A stretch of 64,000 bases of DNA from Leucoraja ocellata (Eukaryota). Both the position numbers and the translations under genes were made by a program. This document shows, one piece after another, positions 36,646 to 50,196 of this stretch. Position 1 is the first letter of the stretch. Every line of letters starts with the position of its first letter. Location of the stretch: assembly GCA_036785375.1 (NCBI GenBank), contig JAWMAR010000269.1:744001-808000 (forward strand). Direction: 5' to 3'. The notes under the pieces are model-generated. The model saw nothing but the letters and a program-made list of their open reading frames with translations, ran no database searches and was not told where the DNA came from.

Positions 36646-36687
<42 letters not shown>
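36646..36687. repeat. Poly(A) tract (~42 nt) inside the DIRS
   Basis: Directly visible. Confidence 0.95.
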
Positions 36688-36688
<1 letters not shown>

Positions 36689-36775
36689 ATGGATTTATCC
36701 AGTGACTGGAGGCAGTCATCCATGCCATAAGACTATGGATTTATTGATTTGTAGAGTCTAAAAGACCCACTACAC

Positions 36776-37635
36776 GGCTTTCGGCTGTCAGACAGGGCGA
36801 TGAATCTCATCTCATCTGCACTAAGACTGTCAACACGGAAGCAGTACCTTGGACACATCAAGAAATGGGGCATATACTGCTTGGACAACAACCTCGACCA
36901 AAGGCCAAGAACTTTCTGGCCGTATTGGAATTTTAACAAGCCTCCATTATGATAATCGATGGAGCTACAGTGCCATCAATAGTGCCACAAGTGCACTCTC
37001 CAATTACCTATCACAAGGAACGGAGCGGCACGAGGTGGGAACGCACCCCTGGTAAGAAAACCAGGTACTCCAAAATCTGGGACGTGGGTGTCGTTTTCTC
37101 AATATGCTGAGGAGCTTGTAGCTCATAACAGCGTTGTCACTTCAGTAACAGACCAGGAAGATGGTTATGCTCATGGTGTTATTTACCGCACAACAAGTCC
37201 AGCCATTAAGCAAACTGCGCCTGGACTCCCTGATCATCTCACCGAGAAACTGGTGTTGTCATACAGGATTTAATAAAAGAAAACAGATTGGTTTCCTTGG
37301 GTCAAGTGTTTGAATTTATGGTACACCCATATGGCAAACGACTGTGTATAGCAAGACACATCTAACAATACATAGAATATACTAAGAACATTCGAGGTCA
37401 GGAAATGGAGTTGTTTATCTCTCACAAGAAACCGCATGAAAGGGTTACGACTCAAACTATATTAAGGTGGCTCAAATAGGTCCTAAAAATGACACTAATG
37501 TTTTAACTCTCATTCCACCAGGGCTGCAGCAACATCCGCAGCAAAAATTGTACAGGTACCCACAGACCAAATCCTCAGAATGACAGGATGGTCATTCAAA
37601 AAGGGTTTTCCACAGGTTTTATAATAAACCAGTTA
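36776..37635 (+). pseudogene. DIRS tyrosine recombinase relic
   Basis: LSDRAMNLISSALRLSTRKQY..HIKKW; SYSAINSATSALS...VGTHP; IWDV; HSTRAAATSAAK (37511); ILRMTGWS; then, after a frameshift, VFHRFYNKP with the catalytic Tyr. Confidence 0.88.
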
Positions 37636-38203
37636 TTTTTGGAGCCATCATTTGTATTAAGAAAACATTTTATGTCCAACAAAATAATTGCCCGAAAGGT
37701 TACAGGGCTATGATTCTCAAATCTTAAAAAATGTTATATAATTTTTTCATTATACCACACAACTCTTTGTATAATTGTGTTTTAAAATTACTAATGATGC
37801 TCTCTCCCAATACCCAAGGCAGTTGTGAAGCATGGACTCGTTCCACGGCATGAGGTCACAGAGCTTTGAAATCTTCACGAAGTCACTCACGTGACTCCGA
37901 AGTAAAATAGTAAGATTAAACGAGAACTTACCAGTTTGAAGTTTGATCTGTATTTTATGAGGAGTTACGATGAGGGATTTCGTGCCCTCCGCTCCCACCC
38001 TCTTATGATCATATCAAAAACTGGTATCTCTTTGATAATCTTACTATGTTAGATCATTATAGGTTCCTGTGACCTCACACCGCTGCTTTGAAGAATGGCA
38101 CGCATGCGTGGAAGCGGGGTTCTTCACGAAATCCCTCATCGTAACTCCTCATAAAATACAGATCAAACTTCAAACTGGTAAGTTCTCGTTTAATCTTACT
38201 ATT

Positions 38204-38468
38204 ATGTGCCAAACAGTGATCTACAGACACTAGCACTATCCTACCCACTAGGGACAATTTACAATGTTTACTGAAGCCAATTAACCTGCAAACCTGTATG
38301 TCTTCGGGGTGTGGGGGGAAACCAGCCCACCCGGAGAAAACATACGTGGTCGTGGGGAAAATGCTCTACGTACAAACTCTACGTACAGACAGCTCTCGTG
38401 GTCAGGATTTAACCCGGGTCTCTGCCGCTGTAAGGCAGCAACTCTACTGCTGCGCCACCTTGCCGCCC
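38204..38468 (-). mobile_element. V-SINE/HE1-like SINE split by the DIRS (its tail lies at 33225-33256)
   Basis: CATGGAAACAGGCCTTTTGACCCATGG|ATT|ATGTGCCAAACAGTGATC..CACTAGCACTATCCTAC rejoins into one SINE; the head ends at TGCGCCACCTTGCCGCCC. Confidence 0.85.
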
Positions 38469-40123
38469 TTGGTGATGAAAGGTTAAACATTTTCCAAGAA
38501 TTGGCCCAAATTAATTTTCATGGTGTCCTTCAATCATTAATATCCTGAATGGACATTCTGCAAGTTTGATGAGAATGACATTCTTAAGTAAGCCCTATCA
38601 CCATGACTATTAGCAAACATTTCAAGCATCTGGAAATAAATGATATTCTTTATAAAACTGTTCGAGCACATGTTTCCATTATGGACTGCCTCTCCTCAAA
38701 GTTGACTGGTGCTGCATTCCACACGGCAGGTCATGCAGCTGTTTTGTGTATGGTGGCCTTTTAGCACATATATAAATGAGATACTTTATTGTGAAATACA
38801 GCTCTATTCAGTGTCCCTGTCATTGTTTATTCTGGTGTTGAAAGTACAATGTAATTTTTTAGTAAATAGCTTCCATATCCAGGGACCAGACCAGGAATAC
38901 TAATGATGCAGAAGGTTCACACCTCCTTAGCTGAAGACATGATTAAGGTTCAGTAATTGGTTTGGTATTCTTTTCTCTTCATTAAATTGCAATTTCTTTC
39001 AACTAGAGACACCGTAGCCACTTTAGCGGAAGCATTTTAGTGAGCCTTGAACTCTTACAATTAGGACAAGCCAGGGTAACAAGGAAAGCTTACTAAGGTT
39101 AGCCAAAATATACATCTGGAGAGCATGTCGTCATTTGCTTGCAGTGTAATGTCATATTTACTGTTGTTTCTCTTATTTACTACACAAACCCCTCCCTAAC
39201 CTCTTGCCCTATCTGCCAATTTTCCCACATCCTCCATTAACCTCTCCTACATCCTTTAGTGAATAATATCCTGTGCTTCACTATCTATCATGCTACTGAC
39301 TGTCTCAATAAAGACATCCATTAATCACCAGCCAAGGTTTATTCATAAACCTGATGTAAAATAATTGTAAAGGTTTTCTTCATAAATTTATTTACTATTA
39401 CGATATATCTGTTGGGAGAAAATATTATCAGCATCATATTCTTAATTATGTGTCGCAGATTGTTATGCTTTTTACAATATTTCAACACTCTTATAATTAT
39501 CTCGCTTGTAAATTTATCTGAATTTCTCTTTAAAGTACCACTGAAGCTTACAAATCAAGATTTATTTAGATTTGAAAGATGTCACTGAAATCTACTGTTC
39601 TCTCTCAAACTCACAGCTATCTGATTAAACACCATCTGTGACATTTAAACAGGCCAAGAGGTTGCATCAAAAGTTCAAAGGTAAAACAATAATCTTAAAA
39701 TTGGATCCTCCACCCAATATTAATCTGGACACAATTTATATATTCTCAGATCAGTCAGCCATGCAGACCCTTCTCAATAATAACTGTATATGCCATAGTG
39801 GGAAAACTATTCTCTAGAATAATCAAGCAAAATCCAAATCTCTCAAAAACCAAAGAACCAAATTTCTCCATTACCATTCTTGAATTTGTTTTGTCCAAAG
39901 TGGCATCATGGTTGTGTAGAGAGGAAAACTCCTTGGAGGTTTGGAACACTAAATTCAGATTCAATGAAGAAAATAGCACAAGGCCAAACAGAAGCAAATA
40001 CATGTCCCAAGGATTGCTATCTATTGCTCTCTATCAACTAACAAAAACATTATTGTTTAATGTTGATCACGCCAAAGCACTTCCAAGGATAACAGACACA
40101 TACACTGCTTGAGGAACTTTGAG

Positions 40124-40416
40124 GTCGGCTTAGTGGTACAGCAGTAGAGTTGCTAACTTGCAGCAGTTACAGGGCCAGAGATCCTGTCTGTACGAAGTTT
40201 GTACGTTCTACTCATGACCGTGGAGATTTTCTCTGAGATCTTCGGTTTCATCCCACACTCCAAAGATGTGTAGGTTTGTAGGTTATTTGGCTTGGTTTAA
40301 ATGTAAATTTTCACTAGTGTATGCAGGTTAGTGATAATGTGTGGGGATCGCTGGTCGGTGCGGATTCGGGGACCGAAGGGCCTGTTTCCGCGCGGTATCT
40401 CTCAACTAAATTAAAC
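40124..40416 (+). mobile_element. V-SINE/HE1-like SINE
   Basis: Head, core CCCACACTCCAAAGA..TAGGTTTGTAGG, and tail CCGAAGGGCCTGTTTCCGCGCGGTATCTC+(AACTA)n. Confidence 0.8.
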
Positions 40417-41177
40417 TTAATTGCTATCACTATGTGCTATGCAATGTCAGGACTATTGACCAGTGGCTGAATTCAAAAGGAAATTATTATTGGCCTGGAC
40501 CTACGACAGATGACGAAAGAGTCCATGGTGAAATTTGACTTTGTGCACATCAATCTACCTTTTACAGATACAACTGTCCAACTGATGGTATTGATAGATG
40601 AGATCTGCATGTCAGCTTTGAGAAGGCATATCTCATTTTCAAATTGAGGGTGCTGTTCATGTAGCTGTATGGATGCATCACTAATGTAAACGGGACAGAT
40701 TGAGTACAAATACAACACCTCAAAACTGGGTATCTATTAGCTACTGAGCATCCATCAGCTACAAAATGATACAACAGCAAAACCTCTGATCATGTATCAT
40801 GGTATAACCTTCACACATCAACTATCAAGACAGAGATCAGAAGAGAAATAGTATGAATGATGGAAATCAAAATTAATATTAGAAACTGTTGGAAAAACCC
40901 AGTAACCACTACCCATTGGTAGAGTTAACATGTCAGATTACAATGAACTTTCAACCACCTGGAATATCATTTATCATAGCACAGTCAGTATCATAGAAAT
41001 CCTTCCAGTCATTAATTATTGACTCAACTCAATGGACCATAGAAGGGTTCTCAAGGGAAGTTTATGATGGCACCGATAGTGTCTTCAACTCTGATATCCA
41101 TTTAAAGGATGAAATAAAAATTGTAATCAATATTCTGCATATTCAAAGTGTGACATTAAAACAATCCATTTTCAGTA

Positions 41178-41960
41178 AAAGACACAAAGTGCTGGAGTAA
41201 CTCCACAGGTCAGGCAGTTTCTCTTGAAAACATGGATGGGTGACGTTTTGCATCGGGACCTTTCTTCACACTGATTGAAGGGAGAAGAGAAGAATAGACG
41301 GAAAGTGTGAGATAAAAAGAGTTGTGAATTGTGAAGCTAGAATGAGGGTGCTGTTCATGTAGCTGTATGGATGTATCACTAATGTAAATGTGACAGGTTG
41401 AGTACAAATACAACACCTCAAAACTGGGTATCTATTAGCTCAATAGATAGGAATGTAAGTGGAGCGGGGGAGAATATGTGCGATTACAGATGGGGCACAG
41501 GTAAGAAGGTGGGAAAGTTAACCACTTTATCTCCCCTTCCCTTTCCCATACAGAACTTACTGCCTTGACCTCCTTCATTGGTAGAGTGAGGCCACATGCA
41601 ATTGGAAGAACAACACCTCCTGTTCAACTTGGCTAACTTACAACCCAACGGTATGAACATTGAATTCTCCAAATTCCATTTCGCCCCTTCCCTGCTTTTC
41701 CACCTACATTCATTCCTCTAGGTTCAAAATTTGCAACTCTTTAAATCTTTTGTCTCACATCTCTGTCTTTTCATTTCATGCCATGAATTGTCCTGACTCA
41801 ACTCCCTTCCAGCTTCTCCCGCCAATACCCCACAATAGGTCTGAAGAAGGGCCCGACCCGAAACATCACCCATCCTTGTTCTCCAGAGATGCTGCCTGAC
41901 CCACTGAGTTACTACAGCACTTTGTGTCCTTATTTGTAAACCAACATCTGCACTTCCTTT
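41178..41960. mobile_element. Inverted pair of Penelope terminal fragments
   Basis: A minus-strand pLTR (41178-~41520) abuts a plus-strand endonuclease end (LEEQHLLFNLANLQPNGMNIEFS) and pLTR with CTGAAGAAGGGCCCGACCCGAAACATC. Confidence 0.75.
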
Positions 41961-42994
41961 TTTTTAAAATCTTCAATCATAATTTATTTTTAACTATTGG
42001 ACTATCACATCAAAGTTCATAGCTGAACCATTCTGCAGAAGTTTTTTGCACATTTTGAACGTTATAGATAAACCTTATTCTTGGGACCTCACTGGATGGG
42101 AATTATTTGTCTGCAAACCTTCAAATAGAGGCATGTGAACTGTAGAGACATCACAACTGAGCTTAATCCTGTTATAATTCAATGCCTCTATACTCTGCTC
42201 GAGAAAGTCTTCAGCAGTAACCCAGTGAGCAAATCAGGGCTGATATTCAGTCCTTAACCCATAAATGTGGCATAATCATTTACTTTGGTGCAAACTGAGA
42301 ACCGAGCAAGTATCCTTTCTTATGATCTACTTGACTCATTAAATAAACCGAGAAGATCATAAGAAAAACAAGCAGCATGGTTCAGACTAAGCATGTTTCT
42401 GTAATTTAAGGGTTTTTGATTTTTTTCTTCTGAGAGTACCCAGTCTGCATGATCATAATCCAACATCAGACATCTGGTGTCTGATTACTATGCAAAAGCA
42501 CTGCTCTGTAGGTATTTTTTAAAATCAAAGCTATAGCTTGTGCTAATGCCAGAAAATCTTTCTTTCCAAAGATCTTTTCAAACAATGATTTTCTTTCAAA
42601 GGCAACAGTTCTCGGATTTGAGTTATTATTGCAATTTTGCCACTTGTCATTATGAATTGATTTTCTTTACTCAAAGCTTTCAACTGAATTCTTAATATCT
42701 TGGAACTGCAGCAGGGAAAGAAAGCACTTGGCCCATCAAATCCATGCCTTCTCTCTGCTGAACAACATGTGAGTATTGTTCCCTTAATCCCACTGCCATG
42801 TAAATTGTTCCAATTCCCTTTTGATAGTTCCGAATAATTTTATTCTCTATCCTGATGGGCAGTGAATTCCATACCATAATAATCCACACATGTTCTTTGG
42901 ACATAGAATGAAGTTATACTGGAGGCACAAGAGACTGCAGTTCCTCCAGATGATTGTAGAAGCTTTGCTGGTTCCCAGAGCAATCACTTCAGTG

Positions 42995-43293
42995 CAGTTT
43001 AGAGATTTGCCATGGAAACAGGACCTGTGGCCCACCAAGTTCGCATTGGCCATGGGTTGTCCGTTCACACTACATCTACATTATCACACTTTCTCATCCA
43101 CAAACTACACACTATGGGCAATTTACAGAGGCAAAATTAACCTATGCACCCACATGCCTTTGGGATGTGGGAGGAAACCGGAGCACCTGGAGAAAATCCA
43201 CTTGGCACAGTGAGAACATGCAAACTCTCCATGGACAGCTTCCGAGGCCTGGTTTGAACCATGGTATCTACCATGGTAAAGCAGCAGCTCTAC
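42995..43293 (-). mobile_element. V-SINE/HE1-like SINE (diverged)
   Basis: Tail GGAAACAGG..GGCCCACC and core GGGAGGAAACCGGAGCACCTGGAGAAAA on the reverse strand. Confidence 0.7.
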
Positions 43294-43509
43294 CAGAAAT
43301 GATCCCCTCATTTATTTTCCTGCACGCCTGTTGTCTCACATTCCCATCATCTTTCCCTAATTGACTGCCAGTTCCAGTTCCACATGGAGCAATTAACTGT
43401 GACCGATTCACCTGCCAGCATGTCTTGTGGACATAGGTGGAAATTTGACTATCTGTGGGAAATCCACATCATCATAGAGGAAACGTGCAAACTCTACACA
43501 CACAACCTT

Positions 43510-43810
43510 GTGGTAGAGTTGCTGCTTTAAACTGCCCAGAGAGCCGGGTTCGATCCTGACCACAGGTGCTATCTGTACAGAGTTTGTACGTTTTCTCCTT
43601 GATCTGCATGGGCTTCCTCCAGGATCTCCAGTTTCCTTCGACACTCCAAAAGCGTACAGGTTTGTAGGGTAATTGGTTTCTGTAAATTGTACCTAGTGTG
43701 TGTAGGATAGTGTTAGTGTGCAGGGATAGCTGGTTGGCAGAGACTCTGTGAGCCGATGGGCCTGTTTGTGCACTGTATCTCTAAATTAAACTAAACTAAA
43801 CTAAATTAAA
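43510..43810 (+). mobile_element. V-SINE/HE1-like SINE
   Basis: GGTAGAGTTGCTGC...CCGGGTTCGATCCTGAC...TGTATCTCTAAA(CTAAA)n. Confidence 0.8.
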
Positions 43811-46662
43811 CCTGAGATCAGGATTGATACCGTGACCACTGGAACTGTACTTTACCTTTGTGTAAAACTAATCTCATCTAACAATACACTTTACCTTTTG
43901 TCCATCACTTTGTGTCGATGCATCATGGTTTTTGAACCATCTAGCAGAGGGCTGTTTTTGTGATTAGTGGTGATCCGCAGGAATTAGTGCTGGGACATCT
44001 TCTTCATGACAACATTTATGTGATGGGCCGAGGACAGGTAATTGTAGTTTATCATGAATAGTCCTCTTTATGTTCAATTGTTGGTCTACAAAATAATACA
44101 GCATTCTGCATCATACTCAACCTCATCATGCCTAGTGTTTCCCAGTCTATCTTTGGAAAAACGAAGAAGTGCACAAGCAGATTTCAGTTAGGAATGTTAT
44201 TGTTACATCACAGGTATTGGTAAATACACTCCATAATCAAATATCAGATCTTCTACATACAACTAAAGTAAATTTGACACAATTGTAATTGACAGTGGAA
44301 TTGCACTTAGGAAAGAAGTGTGGTTACTTGGTTTAAGGAAGAGGAAAGGTTTAAGGTTTAAAGAAATAGTTTGCCTCATAGTTGTAACATTCCTCTGCAT
44401 TTTGAAATAACACTTTTGACAATGTACAGTATTTTTGTTATTATAAGAATGCCTTTCAGGAGGATAAACTGATTGACACAAATCACAATGGTAAAGATTT
44501 TTAGTCTATTGTTAGTCTCTGTTTCAGACTGCATATTTTGGAGAATCCTTCTACTGAATAATAAAGTAACACCACTGTGCCATAACCAAATTTACTTTTA
44601 TTCTGGTCATCACTTAAGTTTTTGTTTGCTCAGATATACTGTTTACATCATTTCAGTCTTAATCATTGTAACTCCAGGGTGAGTTGGACGTAGCCTGACA
44701 AATCGTTGCAAGTAAATCCTCTGGTAAAGCGATGATAGAAACTTACCTAGTGCTTGAATTACAAATTGTTGCAATGATTGTGATCCATAGGAAGTCAAAA
44801 TTAAAACCAATGAAGTTGTACAAATGAGTGAGAAATATAAAGTCAAACAAAACTAATTGAACTCGTTATTTTTTACTCTTACATTTCCAAGTAAATAATA
44901 ACTGTAAAAATAACTGATATGTGGTAGGTTAATGGATTTGTCACATATAGGCAACGATATAGGCAAGATTGGTTTTAATTCACTGTTATAGATGGTACCA
45001 ATCATTGAGAATTTGTCCAGGGAGCTAAAATCAGTAGAGAAACTACTGATAAGGTTAATAATGTCTCGTGCTGGTATTTATTTAAAGCCCCAGCTCACAT
45101 TTACATCTCTGATAATCCTTCAGCTGTTAAAAGGCAGCTCCTGCCAAATGGTTTCTCTAAGAATATACATTGCCAGGGTTTGAGTTGACGAGACATTGCA
45201 AAACACAAGCATTGTTTAATCCAGTTACAAATGAGCCAGAACTGCACCTGCGATTAATGCTGGCATTGCACAGGCAGGTTAGCTATAAACCCTTTCCCAC
45301 TTTATTCTCCAGTTATTGGTTGTATTATTGATTATTTTAAACTAAACCAGCAAACTTTTTGATCTATTCATAGTAAAAATGAGACCAGCTAGCAATAGTG
45401 GCCAAAAAAATAACACCTTTAAAAGCATAAACACTGTAAAAGCTTATGTCTTGACACGGATCATTTCACCTACCATTCCTATAAAATAATCAAGAAGCTT
45501 CTGTATAAATTATGACATTTTGACTTAGAATGAACCGCAGTTGTAAGCTGCACTTAATCACCCATGGTTTAAAAATTAATGTCAGTAAATTTAATAAATT
45601 TTGGGCAAATTGACAAACCTGGCCTGATGCTTTGGCTTAAATAGAAATTTATGGTACTGAGGACATGAAACCTAGATCAGTAAAGTGGCCATATAAATGT
45701 CAAGTTGATATAAAAGCCAATTGATTCACTTGCACACCAATGTGATTGACTATTTAGTGACTAATGATTCAGTTTAGAAAGGAGACCCCCACCCACCTTT
45801 TCAGGATTATAGGGTAGATTGGCAAAATTGTTTGTGGTTCATTCACCACCCACATCTCAAGGGTGTGCAGAAAAATGGGGCAAACTTGCAAAGTTAAGCT
45901 CTCGGCTGTGTCTACCTTGAGAAAATAGATTTAAGTTGTTAGAACCTGCTGAATCTTTAAGCAATTTGTGTGTTTTATTCAAAGCACAAAGTACTGGTGT
46001 AACTCAGTGGGCAAGGCAGCATTTTTTGGATGGAATGGATAGGTGACATTTCAGGTCAAAACTCTTCTTTGAATTGATAGATTTGGGACTGAAAAGTTGC
46101 TTATTAATTTTTACCACAGATGATGCCTTGCCCACTGTTACTCCAGTGCTTTGTTTTGCTCAAGATTCCAGCATCTGCAGTTCCTTGGGGTCTTTTGTGT
46201 TTTATTAGTGATTTTATGAGCTAAATAAATCATCCATTATTTCATATTTCCTCAATGCTAACTTTAATGAAAACATACTGAGAGTAACTATGCACAAACT
46301 AATCAGCCAAATGGAATTGACTATGTAGTAAATAGCAGAAAGAATGGACCATCTCACAAACTACCCACCTGCCTCCTCATCAGGCCATTCCTGACCCATG
46401 TACAGATCATTCAACGGTTCCTCTATCAGTTACCTCAAAATCTATAAAACCTGGAGCAGAAACCTGCCTTCAAACCCAAGAGATTTGCTATCATCATCCA
46501 AATTTTCCAACATCCATCACCTTCTTTCATCTTTCACACAATACGGAGATATATGAAAAGCTGATTAACCTCCTTGTCAGGAATGAGCTCAATAAACGCA
46601 GGTACCTCCACCTTGCTCTTGGCATGGATTGTTAACATGACCATCTTGATCATTGAGCTTTA

Positions 46663-47182
46663 AGGGCCTGTCCCACTTGGGCGACCTAATCCGCGAGTTC
46701 TGGCGAGTTTGCCCTCGACTCATACTCGCAGCATGGTCGACACGAGGTCGTACGAGGTCTTTGTAACTCTCCTTCATGCTCAAGAGTGGTCTCCGCGTAC
46801 TCGAGGTCTCAGCTAGGTTGCGGCGTTTTTTTCAATATGTTAAAAAATGCCTGCGAGTAAAAAAAGGTAGCCATGGAAAAAGTCGATACTTTTTTTTACT
46901 AGTAGGTTTAGTTGTAGTAGGTCGTAGAAAGTAGGCATATTAGTCATAGGTAATCGAGGGTAGTTGAAGGTAGTTATAGATAGTCTTCATCTTAGTCGAA
47001 GGGAGGTCGAAGTAGATCGAAGGAGGTCGTCTTCACTCTCCACTATTCGGTGTCCAATTAACCAAAGTTAGTCGTAGCTAGTCGAAACTGGTCTTCAACG
47101 AGGTCGAAGGAGGTCTTCAACATGTCATTTTTTCAAACTCTTTTAAACTCGCCAATTATGTCGCCCAAGTGGGACAGCCCCT
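46663..47182. mobile_element. PIF/Harbinger-type MITE (520 bp)
   Basis: TIRs AGGGCCTGTCCCACTTGGGCGAC / GTCGCCCAAGTGGGACAGCCCCT; flanks TTA/TCA; interior rich in GTCGAAG/GTCGTAG repeats. Confidence 0.85.
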
Positions 47183-49429
47183 TCAGCTGAATCAATTAGT
47201 CCTCATTTTCATTTGCTATGTGTTTTACAAATGGGCTTCCTAGCTTTTATACCTCTGTTTAATCACTGCGATCTATCACCTCCGTTCATTTCATTGTATT
47301 TGAAAACTCAGCTTTCAGTACTACAGGCACTCCCTAAATCTGGTAAAAATGCTCATAAAATCCTCAAAACCTTACAATGATATCACTACCCTCTCTATCT
47401 CCTCCTCCCATAAAAAGGTAGATGAGAAATACTATTTGATTCCTCTCCATTTCTTGTGGAACTGTATCTTATATCTGATACATGCATTTTTAATAACCCT
47501 CTATCAAAACCAACATTTCCTAGAAGCTTAGAATGTGTAATGATGATGCTCTGCCTTCATTTATTTTTTCTGCAATGTTTTATTTTAATGTGGAATATTG
47601 TCGCAAAGAGTGCAATTAATAAATCTGCTTATTACCATGAATATCATATTTTGTGCACTTAATCAGAGTTTAAATAAATGTAACAGATACTATGAAATCT
47701 AAATGGACATAGACTGCATTTTTTCTGAGGAACTGGAAGCTCTTCCTGCACTGGTGGTGTCTGACTGTGGTTGCACTATCACCTCTGTTTGTAGTGTGTA
47801 CTAGTGTCATGGGGATTGCTGGTCAGCGTGGACTCGGTGTGCCAAAGAGCCTATTTCCATGCTGTATCTCCAAACCAAACTAGACTAAACTAAACTCTTC
47901 TTGCTGTGAGATGAAAATGCTGCCTAACATCCCTCAATTATAGTTTCATCCTTAAAAATAATTTGGGGAGCAAATATCTCCAGTGTTAAGCTTTAACTTT
48001 TAAATAACACATCAAACAAATTGCTCTTGGATGCAGAAGCAATTTCCATTTTAATTTAAACTTTTAATAAATTGTTAACTCGGTGATACCAATTTCATTG
48101 TTCTTTATCTCTCTGCATCCTTCTATATCTCTCTTTTTCCTTTCCCATGACTTTCAGTCTCAAGAAGGGTCTCAAACTGAAACGTCATCCATTCCTTCTC
48201 TCCAGAGATGCCTGTCCCACTGAGTTACTCCAGCGTTTTGTGTCTATCTTCGATACCAATTTAAATGCAGTTATATAGAACTGCAGATACTGGTTCATGA
48301 AAAAGACACAAACTGCTGGAAAGTCTTACAAAGTAAAACGGAAAGTGCTGGCGTAACTCCATGCTCTCCAGAGATGCTGTCTGACTCGTTGAATTACTCC
48401 AGAACTCTGTTTCTTTTTCATTTATTTATCTCTCCTGTTTGCAATGGGGATGTACAATGAGGTAGCTGAATCAATACTGTCTATTTTACAGTCACACAAA
48501 GTCAAACTGATGTCCCATATATAATTGTTCACAGCTGCCCAAAATTCTACAGCTGAAATTTGCCTTCATTGAACTTTTTAATGCTTGTTCTAATCCAGTT
48601 TTTCAACAGAATTGGCACAACAATAGGCTGACAAGAAATCAGTTATAAAGCAAAAGCTTTTTTTTTTGTCTTTGAAGAACACAAAATTCTTTATTTCACA
48701 TTCTCGCAATTGGCTTGGGAGGATCAACAAAGACAGAAAAAGGCAAGCTGTGATGTAAAATGACACACAAGGTCTCTCCTGAATTTGGTTCAGTACACAC
48801 ACATATCATGACTGCTCTTCCAGGCATAATAGCTGAGAATGACTGAGAATCATTGTGTGGGAAGCTGAGGGATAGCAAGCCTATTGTCACATTGCCCTGC
48901 TATTTATACAGGTCCAGGCAGGATTACACCTCCGTGCAAAGTAGCCATCAGACTCATTACTTTCCTCACATTTTATGCATTGGGTTCTCTTTTAGTCTAG
49001 CGTCAGTGACATCTACCACATCAACCTTTTTTCTATCCACGGAGGTATCATGAAGGTCACGGATCCATTATTCACCAGGGCTAGCTGCTCAATTACTTTT
49101 ATCACTGATCAGTCAGGCAACACAACAGGAAGCACAACCTACAGGTTTGCTGTTTCTTTGAGAATCCAAGGAGTATTGATTGCACTTCTGGTGCCTTTTA
49201 GTCTCTGTATACAATAGAGTAAACCCAAAGTGGACTTTTATTGCACAAATGTTCAGCTGGTGAGCATCAACGGAGAATAATGTTATTGAAATCTTTGCTT
49301 TATTGAGAGCTGGATGTAGACTTTCATGGAAAGGGTATCCATTATCTCTGCAATTCGTAACATCCTTTAGAAAGAGACAAAATGTAGGTACAAAGCCTAT
49401 TCTTTCTCCAAGAATAAAAACTGAACAAA

Positions 49430-49755
49430 AACGTACACAACCAGATTCCGGGACAATTTCTTCCCAGTAGTTACCAGGCAACTGAATCATCCTACCACAA
49501 CCAGAGAGCAGTCCTGAACTATTATCTTCATCATTGTTGACCCTCGGACTATCATTGATTAGACTTTGCTGGATTTACCTTGCAGTAAACGTTATTCCCT
49601 TATCACGTATACACTGTAAATAGCCCCAATGCAATTATGTATTGTCTTTCTGCCTACTGGATAGCATGCAACAAAAAGCTTCCTCAGTACACGTGGCAAT
49701 AAATGCTATCCTCAGTACACGTGGCAATAAACTAAACCGAACTGGACTAAACTGA
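49430..49755 (+). mobile_element. Rex1-type 3' end relic with a duplicated terminal motif
   Basis: RTQPDSGTI/FFP.V...LN remnant, 3' UTR, a 23-bp tandem duplication TCCTCAGTACACGTGGCAATAAA (49681 and 49709), and a (AACTA/G)n tail. A similar relic lies at 11485-11655. Confidence 0.6.
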
Positions 49756-50196
49756 GATTTTGTAAGACTGGTTTGGATGCCTTAACTAACTTTAAAGCAC
49801 AGCTCTCTCCTTCCACGTTCTTATATCTAAAAGTTATTCATTGCAAGCTGCGGAACTTAATTTCTTTTCAGGTGAAGCAGAGGTTCACTTGCACCTCCGC
49901 CAACCTTCTATATCTCTTGTTTCTCTTTCCCCTGACTCTCAGTCTGAAGAAGGGTCTCAACCCGAAATGTTTCTCCAGAGATACTGCCTGACTCACTGAG
50001 TTACTTCAGTTTTTTGTGTATTCTTATTAACACAACACCTTACCATTGAGATGGGACAATAGAATGCTAAAGCTAACACATAAGGGCAAAAGTCAAAGAT
50101 TAACTGTCAAAGATTTCAGTGAAAGAAAAGTGAATCATGCATTCAAAGGATAATTTTCCCTTGCATATCCTGTGAAAAATCACATTTTAGTAATTC

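Larger units (their letters stand above)
33257..38203 (+). mobile_element. DIRS1-type tyrosine-recombinase retrotransposon, non-autonomous (RT/RNaseH core deleted)
   Basis: Perfect 36-bp ITR (33284-33319 vs 38095-38130). The ICR at 37872-37984 is exactly complementary to the left end (33257-33293) and right end (38125-38203). ATT is present at both ends. Relics of gag, RT start, MT-like domain and YR. Inserted inside a minus-strand SINE. Confidence 0.95.

Noticed and set aside
48996-49217. 73-codon open frame after an AG ending in a hydrophobic, GPI-signal-like tail
   Set aside because: No upstream exon or homology identified; the length is within chance expectation.
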